DNA of 64,000 nucleotides from the NCBI GenBank assembly GCA_021824345.1, contig JAKAKW010000012.1, positions 1,491-65,490 on the forward strand, given 5' to 3'. The notes beneath the pieces were generated by a model. It searched no databases. It saw only the letters and a program-made list of their open reading frames with translations, and had not been told where the DNA came from. This document shows, in pieces, positions 46,358 to 55,778 of the stretch (its first letter is position 1; each line of letters starts with the position of its first letter). A program made the translations under genes and the position numbers. The DNA is from a bacterium. GTDB taxonomy: Bacteria > Patescibacteriota > Minisyncoccia > Phycocordibacterales > UBA9973.

Positions 46358-49300
46358 ATGCACGAGACATCCGACAGGAAAATAATTCTGGCGACCGAGA
46401 GAAATGACACGTCTCATGAACTGAGAGGACACTTCAATCGGGACACATATCTAAAAACCGTAGAGCGCGCACTTGAGCGTGCCGAGACAAAAGAGAAAAT
46501 CATTGCGGTCATACGCGACGCAATCCGCGGACAGGCGGGACGAAAGGATCTTGAGGAACTCTTCGCATCAATCCGGTTCACATCGGATAAGAGCGACGAG
46601 GAGCGCTTTATCACCACCGACCGCTACATCACGATGGAGCTCGACGAGATTGAAGAATCACTTGCCGATCCAGACACGCGCGCCGAGTTCGACCGGATGT
46701 CCTTTGACGAATTCAAGAATGAGACACGGGAAGAGGTTGGCAGTCTTGTCGCACCAGAACTCAAGGACGCAGGCGCACCAGAACTTACACGGGTACTTAA
46801 GTATGTCGGCGAACGGCTGATCGTGCCCGACTACAATGTATCGGAGCTTATTGGGTTCATAAACGACTACTGCACCATCGCGCCGGGAAGAGAAGTGATT
46901 GTAGATCGGTGCGTATTCGGCGCAGATCCGAAAGAAAAGAATAATTTGTTCAGCGCGCGTAGCGATCTTAAGGAAATCCTCGAAGATCCCGAAACGTGCG
47001 AGAAGATAGACATTATCATATCCAGCAATCTCATCGAGCGATTCACATTCTCCGCCGGTCTGTCGCATTCGACGGATAAATCGGATTCAGATATGCGACT
47101 GTTCTTGAATGCGGTGTTGATTGAGAGCCTTAAACTTGCCGCGCACAACGAATATCTGACGATCACGTCCAAAGATCGGATCTACGCGCACGCTGTCAAT
47201 AGGATCACTGAAAAACGGCTCGCGGATATCCATGCGTTTGACTCCACCCTTACCACGATCGACCTGGACAATCTCCGCGATTTCCAAATACTGGAAGGTC
47301 TGCCTGAAGCAGGCCGTGCGTTCTGCAAGAAGATCTATGAAGCAACCGGGCTCGCGGGCACCGGCGCTTTCAACCGGATCGGTATCAGCTATTTCTCCGA
47401 CGCACTTGCCGACCCGGAAAAGTTTCGCAAGCTCGAACTCGCGTATGACCTTGGTGCGATCAGCGGTTTTACCTCTTCCTACGAAGGTGATCTGACGAAA
47501 AGAATTTTCACCTGGAGCGATGAACAGATTAAGAGCGTCGCCATGGGCTTCAAGACCGGCCTCGTGAAGGGGCCTTCGGATGGACGCGCCATCGCGCGGA
47601 TTCTCACCCTAAATACCGATGACCTCCTCTCTCTCAACGAAGCCGGGGAGACACTCTTGGTCGGCAATGAACTGCTCAATGCGCTCCGCGCATCGAGCCC
47701 CGAAGACCGCGCAGAGTATAAAAGCATCCTCGCTTCGATCGAGGGAAACCAATGGGTTAAGGAGGAGAAAAAAATGGAACTCCTACGGTATGCTGAAGAA
47801 CTCCGCACACTCACCCCGGACGCCCGTGCATTCCTCGATGCATGGCACGCGCACCAAGGACAATTCTACAGTAGCCAGGTTGAAGCGTACACCGAACCAC
47901 TCAAGAAAGCGAGCCTCTATCCCGATGTCCTCGCCCGCATGGCCGATCGGTACCGCGACCTGGACAACCAGAAGCTTATGTTCAATCTGCTCTCGGACGG
48001 ATATATGGACCTCATAGACATCGACCGCGAGCTCTCCGCGTTCGCGCGGGATCCCAACGCCTACCTCCTCAAATTTCCTCGCCCGTCCGATGTCTTCGAT
48101 CATTTTCGCGAGTTCGAAGACATTATGAATCGCCGCAATCAACCCATGCGCGACGATGTTCACAAAACAATTTTTTTCAGCACGTTCGTCGCGCAGGCCA
48201 CGACCCGCATATCGAATAATGTGGATTTCCCTTACACTACCGACGAGCGCCACGTTTCAGAACTCGCGGGGCGCCTCGCTTCTTGGTACGCCAGCGCGTA
48301 TGATGCGCAGGAAATTCTTTCCACGATCGTCCACATGCACGACGATCTTGCAGACGTCACGTCGGTGCTCGAGCGCATCACGGATGACCCGGATTCCTTT
48401 TTTAAACAGCGCCCGCAGGACGTGATGAAGAATTACGACGCAATCGCGGCGGAACTTGCGAGCCGCGGCAAACGTCTCCACCAGACTACGCTCGACGTGG
48501 CATTCGAGAACACCTTGCGCATGAACCCCGCTCTCCTCATGCGGGAAACCGAGTTTCCATTCACGTCGGAACAGCAAACGATCGCGGACCTCTTCCAGCG
48601 TATTCACAAGTCCCCGTCCCACGAGATAAAGAACATGGACGTCGAGATCGCTGAACAGATCGCTCGGAACGGCGATCTCTCCACCTATGAGGACCGCTAC
48701 CGCGTGATCGAAGAGATCTTCGTCAAGAATAATCTTCCATTTGTCGGCAAGCAAGAGAAGGTCTGCGAGGTGCTGCACCCTGAGATCGAGACGCGGGAAA
48801 ATTCCAGCCCGGTTCTCCAATCCCTCCACGGCACAAACGCGCGGAGGCTACTCGTCTTCAAGGATCTGATGCGCGCAAGCGTACAGAGCCTCAATATGAA
48901 CCTAGAGCAGTATCTCCTAGTCCTTAAGAATGGCGCTACAGTCCTTGACCGATTCGAATCCGGAGCAACGCTCGACGACGACGAAACAGAACAGTTGAAA
49001 TATTTCTTCCGAAAGATAAACGCTCTTACCGAGAACACGCGATTGAACGCGAATGCCACGACCTTTGATCCCGATCGGACGAGTCTCGCCGAGAACCTCG
49101 CCGCACTTCGAAAGAATTTCGGTGTACGCAAGGGGGAAACGATTACCGACAAGTTCACTCGGACGTTCCTGCGGCGGATCGACATCAACTCCATTGATGA
49201 CGCGCTTAGGCAGTTCATCAATCTGCGGAGCGTCGCAGACACGCGCAACCGTGAATTCGCATCATCCGGAAAAATTATTCTCAGTCCGACGGATCTCGCG

Positions 49301-50725
49301 AAAGGCGTCGACTCCGCCTTCTTCGACACCTTCCTCGACCGCGGCGTCTATTCCCCAGAGTTCATCGGCGCAGAAACGGAAGTCGCGAAAGCAAAGGCGA
49401 AGCGAACCGACATGACCCCATGGGACACCGACGTGATCACTGTCGGAGACCGCGATGCGCGCGTGATCGTAGAAGACTCAACGGCTAGCGCATACGGCGA
49501 CGTTATCATAATCGTCCGCGATCGCGGCCAATTCGACCATACCAAGGTCGGCCAACCGCTCCCTGCCGACTCGGGCAAAATGGAACTCTTCAGAACGGGC
49601 GGGACGAACAGCGACCACTTTGGAATCCGCACAGGGTTCGGCTCCACGGAGATCAGCGCGCTTCTCGTGAAGGATAAGATTGCAACGGATGATCGTGCAC
49701 TCTCCGAAATAAAATTCTCAATCGCGAAGAAGGGTTTCTACATCCCCGTCTGCGATAAATCGGGGCGCGTGCTCTTTTCGAGTAATGAATTTGAAACATA
49801 CCGCGCTATCTTCCGTGGCATCGACCGCTACCACGGGGACCCGATCGCTGTGGATGAAACATGGCGCGAATCCCTCTTCCGTGAGGACATCGAATCCGTC
49901 GCACAGACAGAAGGGAATTTGGAAAAGCTCCAAGTGCTCCGCGCCGGGCTCTACGCCGATCTGGCGCACGACCTTAAGGGCAACGGGATCACTCTGCACC
50001 AGGAACGCTATGACGACAGCGTCGTCGGCGCACGGATCGTTGACACCGGCTCGACGGGCCGCGGTGCCGCGCTTGACGAGGGATACGACTTCGACTTTGT
50101 CGTGAAGCTCGACGACGTCGACTTCAACAAGGTTCCCGCCATTACCAATACACTCGAATCCAAATATCCCCTCAACACGAGTTACGAACGCAACGGCATG
50201 CACACGTTCCGCTTTAAGAATTTCGAGCGCGACGGCGAGACGATCAGCCTCGATATCAGCTTCATAAAGAAATCCGACAGCGAAGAACTAGACGCAAATG
50301 AGGCTGTCACGCAGAAATATAATTCGATCCGAAACAAGAGCGGCGAAAAGGCGTGGCTCGACACGCTGACGAACGTGCGCTTCGCAAAACGCGAACTGAA
50401 ACGCGCGGAATGTTATAAGAAAGGAATGGCGGGAGTAGGAGAACAGCAAGGGGGGCTTGGCGGTATCGGCGTGGAGAACTGGATACTCAAGTACGGTGGC
50501 AATGCGATAAAAGCGTTCCGCGACTTCCACGACCACGCATACCGCGAGGGCACGCTCGTGCCGTTCGCAGAATTCAAACAGACTTATCACGTGTTCAGTG
50601 CGGGAGAGAATGTCCGGGGTGGCGTGCGGGCCGAGGATTTCGTCGCACATATGGACGAAACAGGATACCGCAAAATGGCGGAGCTTTCCCGAAAGTTCGT
50701 TCTATCGGAAGCTGACTTGCTCTGA
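46358..50725 (+). CDS. 1455-aa hypothetical protein with C-terminal Pol-beta-type nucleotidyltransferase domain
   Basis: DTGSTGRG...YDFDF, LDISF, NVRFAKRELK...GGLGGIGVENWILKYGG; visibly GC-richer codon usage than its flanks. Confidence 0.7.
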   Translation: MHETSDRKIILATERNDTSHELRGHFNRDTYLKTVERALERAETKEKIIAVIRDAIRGQAGRKDLEELFASIRFTSDKSDEERFITTDRYITMELDEIEESLADPDTRAEFDRMSFDEFKNETREEVGSLVAPELKDAGAPELTRVLKYVGERLIVPDYNVSELIGFINDYCTIAPGREVIVDRCVFGADPKEKNNLFSARSDLKEILEDPETCEKIDIIISSNLIERFTFSAGLSHSTDKSDSDMRLFLNAVLIESLKLAAHNEYLTITSKDRIYAHAVNRITEKRLADIHAFDSTLTTIDLDNLRDFQILEGLPEAGRAFCKKIYEATGLAGTGAFNRIGISYFSDALADPEKFRKLELAYDLGAISGFTSSYEGDLTKRIFTWSDEQIKSVAMGFKTGLVKGPSDGRAIARILTLNTDDLLSLNEAGETLLVGNELLNALRASSPEDRAEYKSILASIEGNQWVKEEKKMELLRYAEELRTLTPDARAFLDAWHAHQGQFYSSQVEAYTEPLKKASLYPDVLARMADRYRDLDNQKLMFNLLSDGYMDLIDIDRELSAFARDPNAYLLKFPRPSDVFDHFREFEDIMNRRNQPMRDDVHKTIFFSTFVAQATTRISNNVDFPYTTDERHVSELAGRLASWYASAYDAQEILSTIVHMHDDLADVTSVLERITDDPDSFFKQRPQDVMKNYDAIAAELASRGKRLHQTTLDVAFENTLRMNPALLMRETEFPFTSEQQTIADLFQRIHKSPSHEIKNMDVEIAEQIARNGDLSTYEDRYRVIEEIFVKNNLPFVGKQEKVCEVLHPEIETRENSSPVLQSLHGTNARRLLVFKDLMRASVQSLNMNLEQYLLVLKNGATVLDRFESGATLDDDETEQLKYFFRKINALTENTRLNANATTFDPDRTSLAENLAALRKNFGVRKGETITDKFTRTFLRRIDINSIDDALRQFINLRSVADTRNREFASSGKIILSPTDLAKGVDSAFFDTFLDRGVYSPEFIGAETEVAKAKAKRTDMTPWDTDVITVGDRDARVIVEDSTASAYGDVIIIVRDRGQFDHTKVGQPLPADSGKMELFRTGGTNSDHFGIRTGFGSTEISALLVKDKIATDDRALSEIKFSIAKKGFYIPVCDKSGRVLFSSNEFETYRAIFRGIDRYHGDPIAVDETWRESLFREDIESVAQTEGNLEKLQVLRAGLYADLAHDLKGNGITLHQERYDDSVVGARIVDTGSTGRGAALDEGYDFDFVVKLDDVDFNKVPAITNTLESKYPLNTSYERNGMHTFRFKNFERDGETISLDISFIKKSDSEELDANEAVTQKYNSIRNKSGEKAWLDTLTNVRFAKRELKRAECYKKGMAGVGEQQGGLGGIGVENWILKYGGNAIKAFRDFHDHAYREGTLVPFAEFKQTYHVFSAGENVRGGVRAEDFVAHMDETGYRKMAELSRKFVLSEADLL

Positions 50726-50989
50726 CCCACATCGGCATATGCTAACACTGTATAAGAAGTGATCGTAGGAAGATCCGACAGGCAAACTATGCCAATCATC
50801 AAATTCGAACCAATTTTGCGTTGAAAATTATACTCGTTTTTCTTCCGTCATTTTGACGCTCCTCGGAACGATTTTAGCTGTTTCAAATATCCTTGCAGGG
50901 CTTGATGCTCCTCGGAGTCCGAACGCGCCTCAAGCTGGCTGGCCGTATGGTATGAAGTTGGAACTGTGGTTGCTTAAAATCTTAAACGA

Positions 50990-52141
50990 TCAACTGTTTG
51001 TAGAAATTTTATTGATAAACCTCCTTGCTCTTTCATCAGGAGACGTTTTATCTACTTTCGGTTCCCAAGCTTTATATACTTCCAAAATTCCTGTATAAAT
51101 AGCATTGCCTGTTGTTATAAAGCGGTGTTGAAGTAACAACACTGCATTGCTTTCAACTAAAAAAATAAAACCAGGTTTTACACAATTTAACGATAAATGG
51201 TCAATAGTTCCTGAGTTTATAATTCTACGAGAGAATTCTTCAAGAGTGTCCAATAAGGGAATGAGGTTTTCTGAATGTGCTCTAGAAAAAGAATAAAGTC
51301 TGTGTTGTCCGTCAATGATCCAACAAGCGCTGTAGCTATTTTTAATAGTCAAAGTGCCGACTTCTGAGTGATTTTTCGACTCTAATCCTGAAATTTTCAC
51401 GAAATTCTTATCTCCTTCCTTTAGCGAAATAATCACATTTGTCGGAAAAATCCCTCCATTATCAAGGAATTGTTGGATTTTTCTTATACGATTTTTATCC
51501 AACATTCTTTGGTAAAAATCTTCTTTTTGTGATCTTCTTCGTGCAACATAAGAAAATTTTAGTAATTCTTTTGGATTTGCGTAAAAACTATATGTTACGT
51601 ATTTTCCTATCTTTGTTTTTAAAGCGGCAACATTTAATTGTTCGTTTTCTGGCGGCCGAATTCCATAATCAGCAAGGAAATTAAAAACTGCGTATTCTCC
51701 TATTTTTTCGTAAAGCTCACTGTAATATTCTAGAAGATTTTCATCAGCATACCAGAAATGAGTTTCTTTGAATAATTCTTTTTCTGATTCAGGAATCTCA
51801 ATTTTTTTTGTTATGAAAATAAATTTGACAAATTTACATTGGGAATATTCTGGAATAGTTTTGTATCCTTCTAGAACCATTCTGGCTCTTTCTTTGGTAG
51901 CTAATATATCTTGGCGAAGATTTTTTTTGACTTTTCTGCCTGCTGCTTTACATTCAAAAACGAATAATATATCCTTGTATCTTCCACAAGCGTCAATCTG
52001 ATTCTTTTCTCCATTAGGCGCTATATGAAAATCTTGTCCCCCTTTTACATCAGAAAACTTTAGTTTTTCTTCTAAAAAAATTTTTACCTCGTTTTCAAAA
52101 TCTTTTCCGTAATCTTTTTTTTCTAATTCAATTTCTTCCAT
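50990..52141 (-). CDS. PD-(D/E)xK-like plus DGQHR domain protein, apparently truncated/chimeric
   Basis: QIDACG...FECK, FYQRMLDKNRI, FPTNVII, WIIDGQHRL, then an abrupt switch to unrelated sequence near 51260. Confidence 0.75.
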   Translation of the reverse strand: MEEIELEKKDYGKDFENEVKIFLEEKLKFSDVKGGQDFHIAPNGEKNQIDACGRYKDILFVFECKAAGRKVKKNLRQDILATKERARMVLEGYKTIPEYSQCKFVKFIFITKKIEIPESEKELFKETHFWYADENLLEYYSELYEKIGEYAVFNFLADYGIRPPENEQLNVAALKTKIGKYVTYSFYANPKELLKFSYVARRRSQKEDFYQRMLDKNRIRKIQQFLDNGGIFPTNVIISLKEGDKNFVKISGLESKNHSEVGTLTIKNSYSACWIIDGQHRLYSFSRAHSENLIPLLDTLEEFSRRIINSGTIDHLSLNCVKPGFIFLVESNAVLLLQHRFITTGNAIYTGILEVYKAWEPKVDKTSPDERARRFINKISTNS

Positions 52142-52425
52142 AAAATAGTTTTTATAAATGATAAAGAATATTTTTCTTTAATCCTTAAGCCTAAATATTC
52201 TACAACATTGTCGTTTTTTATTCAACCTTGATTTTTTTGAAAAAGTGCTATACTTATTCCCTGTATAGGCATGATCTTTGACTGATAAACACTGTATTTC
52301 TACTGTGATCAGTTCGGGATACGTGCCCACTTTGCCTCCTCTAGAAATAAAGAACAAACAAGCCTTTTATTAAATGGCTATTGCTTGTTGTTTATTTCAA
52401 AGTGCATACCTGTACCGAAAGGTAT

Positions 52426-52896
52426 ATGGAGACAAATGGATTCTCACAAAAATTAATAAGGGAAACGATTAAATGCTTCAAAGAAGAAGACGGTATTTCG
52501 CTATCTGAAAATGAAGCAATAGCGATATTGGAATCCTTTGCCGGTTTGTTCCTAGCCTTTGCGGGTCAAAAGCCTCGCGAGCCCATGTTGGGCCGCGAGG
52601 CTTTTCCCTCTGGTCGTAAGGCTCCTGACTTGATATCGGAACTCATTGAACTCTTGGACAAAGTGGACTTGGATGAGCTTGGAATCAAGTCGCGGATTGA
52701 AGACGAGATCAGCAGATTCAATAAATTCAGAACAGGAGTATTGGGTCACAAGCAGGAAAAAGTATCGCTGGATGTGGACGTGCGAAACTACGCAAAATAC
52801 CTTCTCAAAAACGGAACGCTAATGGAGAAAAGAGAACTGCTGTCATGTTTAAAAAGCGAACTAGTTCTCAAAGAAAAAAAGATATTACTGGAATAG
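52426..52896 (+). pseudogene. Fusion of a small element protein with the C-terminal remnant of a large serine-recombinase-like gene
   Basis: DVDVRNYAKYLLKNGTLMEKRELLSCLKSELVL resembles C-termini of CPR recombinases (recognition from memory); no catalytic domain; ends at the island border. Confidence 0.55.
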
Positions 52897-52900
52897 TGTA

Positions 52901-53506
52901 TTAAGAATCAAAGGGCATTTCAAAGTCCGGTTTTAATCTTTCGTAGTGTATGGGTATAAAGATATTATCTTTTTTCTCCAATTCAACATAAGAGCAATCG
53001 CCGATTTCCACCAGCTCACCCCATTTCAGTATATCTCTGAAAAGAACTCTCATAGGTCCACCGTGGGTTACAATGGCAACAGTTTTATATTCAGGATTGT
53101 TCTTAATTTTCTCAAACGTGCCCGTGATTCTTTTGCTAAAATCCGTATAAGCTTCTGCTCCTTCAACTGTGTTAAATCTATTCTTCAGCAATTCGACTTG
53201 CTCGGGAAATTTATTTTTCGCCTCATCTTTATTTATTCCCGTTAATATTCCGTACTGGTTCCTTTCTCTCAAATCATTCTCAACTATAACCTTACAACCT
53301 GCCATGGAAGCAAGAATTTCCGAGACTTCCTTTGCACGCGATAAGGGGCTGGAGAATATTATTTCAATGTCCTTATCCTTCAGTAATTGAGCAAGATCTC
53401 TTGCTTGTTCTCTGCCTTTTTCTGAAAGATGATCATCATAATCCCCCCCATAAAGGTTTTCTATATCGCCGGTGGACTCACCATGTCTAATGAAGAAAAT
53501 TTTCAT
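52901..53506 (-). CDS. Histidine phosphatase family protein
   Basis: IRHGES, SSPLSRA, LRERNQYG, VTHGG. Confidence 0.9.
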   Translation of the reverse strand: MKIFFIRHGESTGDIENLYGGDYDDHLSEKGREQARDLAQLLKDKDIEIIFSSPLSRAKEVSEILASMAGCKVIVENDLRERNQYGILTGINKDEAKNKFPEQVELLKNRFNTVEGAEAYTDFSKRITGTFEKIKNNPEYKTVAIVTHGGPMRVLFRDILKWGELVEIGDCSYVELEKKDNIFIPIHYERLKPDFEMPFDS

Positions 53507-53524
53507 AGTTCTTTATATGTCATG

Positions 53525-54451
53525 CTACTTTTCTAATTCTTCTTTCAATAAGGGAACTATCTGCTTTCTCATTATCAAATTTTCTCTTTCAGCCGCGGAA
53601 CCATTGAATTTAACACCAAGGACTTTCTCAAGTAGATTTTTGATTTCTTCGTCGTTTGCTACGAAGAAATTTTTGTTTTGCTCAAGATCAATAGTATTTT
53701 GGAATATGAGGTTAAACTTCATTTCTTTTTTTATTTCTTCCAATATATCAATGATTTTCCCCAGCCTTTCTTTTATGAGTTTTTCCGCTCCAATCATTTC
53801 TATTTGGGCAATACCTATTATTTTTCCTCCCATATTAAACCAGGAAAGGTCTCCTTCAATTCTTTCTTTCAACTTGTTTCCGGATAAATCCGACTTTGCT
53901 TCAAAAAGCTCTCTCCAGAAATCAGCAGGGAGTTGGGCAGTTTTATTCAAAAATTGAAAAGCCGACCTGTCTCTTTCGGTTGTGACATTACCCTTAAAAT
54001 TCAGCGTATTAGATATTATTGCTCCACATAATAAGATTGCCGATTTCTTAGATATATCTATCTTGTTTTGAATTAACTTTTCGGCTACCAGAGTGGAAGC
54101 GGAACCGACAAGCTCTATTTGAACTTTTGCATTAGGAAACTTGTCCGCTTCGTGGACTTTCCTGTGGTCAATTATTTCAATGACTTTTTCCGGAGAAATT
54201 TTGCCCTCAATTCCCGTAAGATCGCTAGAATCTACAAGAATTACTTCATTAAAATCATTTGCATTTGGTATTTTTTCCGGATATTCAATTTTGAATCTAT
54301 CCAAGACGTATTTGGCTTCATCATGCAGTTCTCCCAGAATTCCAGGCATAGTTTCCTTACCGCTCTTATTTAAGAATTCAGAATAAGCAATCATGCCAGC
54401 GACCGCATCAAGATCTGGGTTCACATATCCGGTAATCAGTATCTTATTCAT
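53525..54451 (-). CDS. ppaC: Mn-dependent inorganic pyrophosphatase (DHH family)
   Basis: NPDLDA, IIDHR, VGSASTLV, MRKQIVP. Confidence 0.8.
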   Translation of the reverse strand: MNKILITGYVNPDLDAVAGMIAYSEFLNKSGKETMPGILGELHDEAKYVLDRFKIEYPEKIPNANDFNEVILVDSSDLTGIEGKISPEKVIEIIDHRKVHEADKFPNAKVQIELVGSASTLVAEKLIQNKIDISKKSAILLCGAIISNTLNFKGNVTTERDRSAFQFLNKTAQLPADFWRELFEAKSDLSGNKLKERIEGDLSWFNMGGKIIGIAQIEMIGAEKLIKERLGKIIDILEEIKKEMKFNLIFQNTIDLEQNKNFFVANDEEIKNLLEKVLGVKFNGSAAERENLIMRKQIVPLLKEELEK

Positions 54452-54498
54452 ATAATAAAATATAAAGCCTCTCGGTCACCTGACTTGTCATAAGACTG

Positions 54499-54569
54499 CT
54501 GCCGGACTTGGATTCGAACCAAGATTGCGTGATTCAGAGTCACGATGCCTACCATTAGCAGATCCGGCA
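54499..54569 (-). tRNA. tRNA-Gln(CTG)
   Basis: TGCCGGA/TCCGGCA acceptor, anticodon arm CGTGA-CTCTGAA-TCACG, CTTGG-TTCGAAT-CCAAG. Confidence 0.92.
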
Positions 54570-54654
54570 ATATAATGCGATACCCTTATGTTGCAAGCAT
54601 ACAATAATACAAAAATGGATTTTTTTCAACGTTTGATTCTGCTACAATACCAGA

Positions 54655-55398
54655 ATGCTTAAAGCTGCAATTTTTGACATGGACGGGACGATGCTTGAGA
54701 CGGAAAATATACTAGAGTAGTAAAAAAACTAGTGATATAATTTAAATAATAAAATGTTTGCGCAGGGGAAAACAAACAAAAAGATTTCGCGCGAAGAAGC
54801 GGCAAAAAATCTGCGTGATTTGATTTTTGTTTATTTTCTGGTTTTTGTAAGTATTGTGCCATATGTGGCGGCAAGTTTTTCACTATCCGCTATCAATCCC
54901 AGACTGGGATTTGAGGTTTCGGGGTTTTTAATAAGTTTCCTGGTATTTCCTGTTGGTACGATGTTTTTTTTCTTTTGGCGCAGAAAAATTCAACGGCCTG
55001 ATCCGTTAAAGAAATTCATATCGGAACACGCTCAGAAAATTTTTTTTATCGGAGTGGCCATTTTTATAATCATAGTTGTGGTATCTATAATCTGGAATTC
55101 AAACAATTTATTCTTGAGTGCTTTTTCTGTCGTTCCGTCCATGATCTTCATCTTGTTTGATTTTTTGATTATGCAAGTAGCATTGAAGGCGGTTAGGCGC
55201 ATAAAGCAAGATGAGAAGGCGCTTTCATCCGAATAGCCGGAGACAAGATATCCTCGAGAAATCCGGATCAGGAAATTTTCCTTGACACAAGCGTTCGCCA
55301 TTCCGCACCAGCATTCCTCATATCATGATTTTTCCAAAGCGACGGAAGTGTTTTCTTCCATGAAGGATATTAATGAAGATGTGCTGAAGGCCATATAA
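54655..55398 (+). pseudogene. Fragmented HAD-family phosphatase, split by a membrane-protein gene
   Basis: 54655-54720 reads MLKAAIFDMDGTMLETE* (motif I); 55260-55283 reads NPDQEIFL; 55291-55398 reads AFAIPHQHSSYHDFSKATEVFSSMKDI...*. Confidence 0.75.
54754..55236 (+). CDS. Membrane protein (4 TM)
   Basis: Hydrophobic ORF, AT-rich. Confidence 0.7.
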   Translation: MFAQGKTNKKISREEAAKNLRDLIFVYFLVFVSIVPYVAASFSLSAINPRLGFEVSGFLISFLVFPVGTMFFFFWRRKIQRPDPLKKFISEHAQKIFFIGVAIFIIIVVVSIIWNSNNLFLSAFSVVPSMIFILFDFLIMQVALKAVRRIKQDEKALSSE

Positions 55399-55431
55399 AA
55401 AAATTAGCGACTCTCGTGGAGTCGCGTAATT

Positions 55432-55671
55432 TCAGAAAACCTTGTATTTCTTAGGAGGGTTTACGTTTAATAAATCCTTCATAAGTTCGCTTATTATTTT
55501 ATCTAAGCTTATTTCCTTGGCAAAAATTATTACTATCGCCAAGAATATACAGTTAACACAAAACAGGGCCGAGGAATTTGTTCTTGGTATTATCCCAAAT
55601 ATATATAATAAAAATGGGAATACCATGATGAATATCACTATTTTGATCCAAGCGGGTATTTTGTCACCCAT
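55432..55671 (-). CDS. Small membrane protein
   Basis: 2 TM segments; start uncertain. Confidence 0.45.
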   Translation of the reverse strand: MGDKIPAWIKIVIFIMVFPFLLYIFGIIPRTNSSALFCVNCIFLAIVIIFAKEISLDKIISELMKDLLNVNPPKKYKVF

Positions 55672-55778
55672 AAAAGCCTCCCAGAAAATTAATGAACAAA
55701 ATTAGTTAACTTAACTTTATATTTAACACCCTAAAATGGCGTTTGTCAACCGGCGTGCCGGGAGTACAATATATATGT

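Larger units (their letters stand above)
45405..50965 (+). repeat. Dispersed 64-bp repeat (45405-45468 vs 50902-50965, 54/64 identical) with partial copies at 46078-46098 and 50853-50867
   Basis: TTGAYGCTCCTCGGA...CTGGCTGGC..TATGGYAYGAAGTTRGAACT, aligned by hand. Confidence 0.8.
42340..53059. mobile_element. Degenerate integrative island inserted in the histidine phosphatase gene
   Basis: Duplicated gene 3' ends at both borders, a recombinase-like remnant at the right border, compositional mosaicism and defence-type cargo. Confidence 0.7.

Noticed and set aside
54499-54569. tRNA-Gln as the att site of the island
   Set aside because: No clear duplicate of its 3' end was found; the duplicated phosphatase 3' end explains the borders better.
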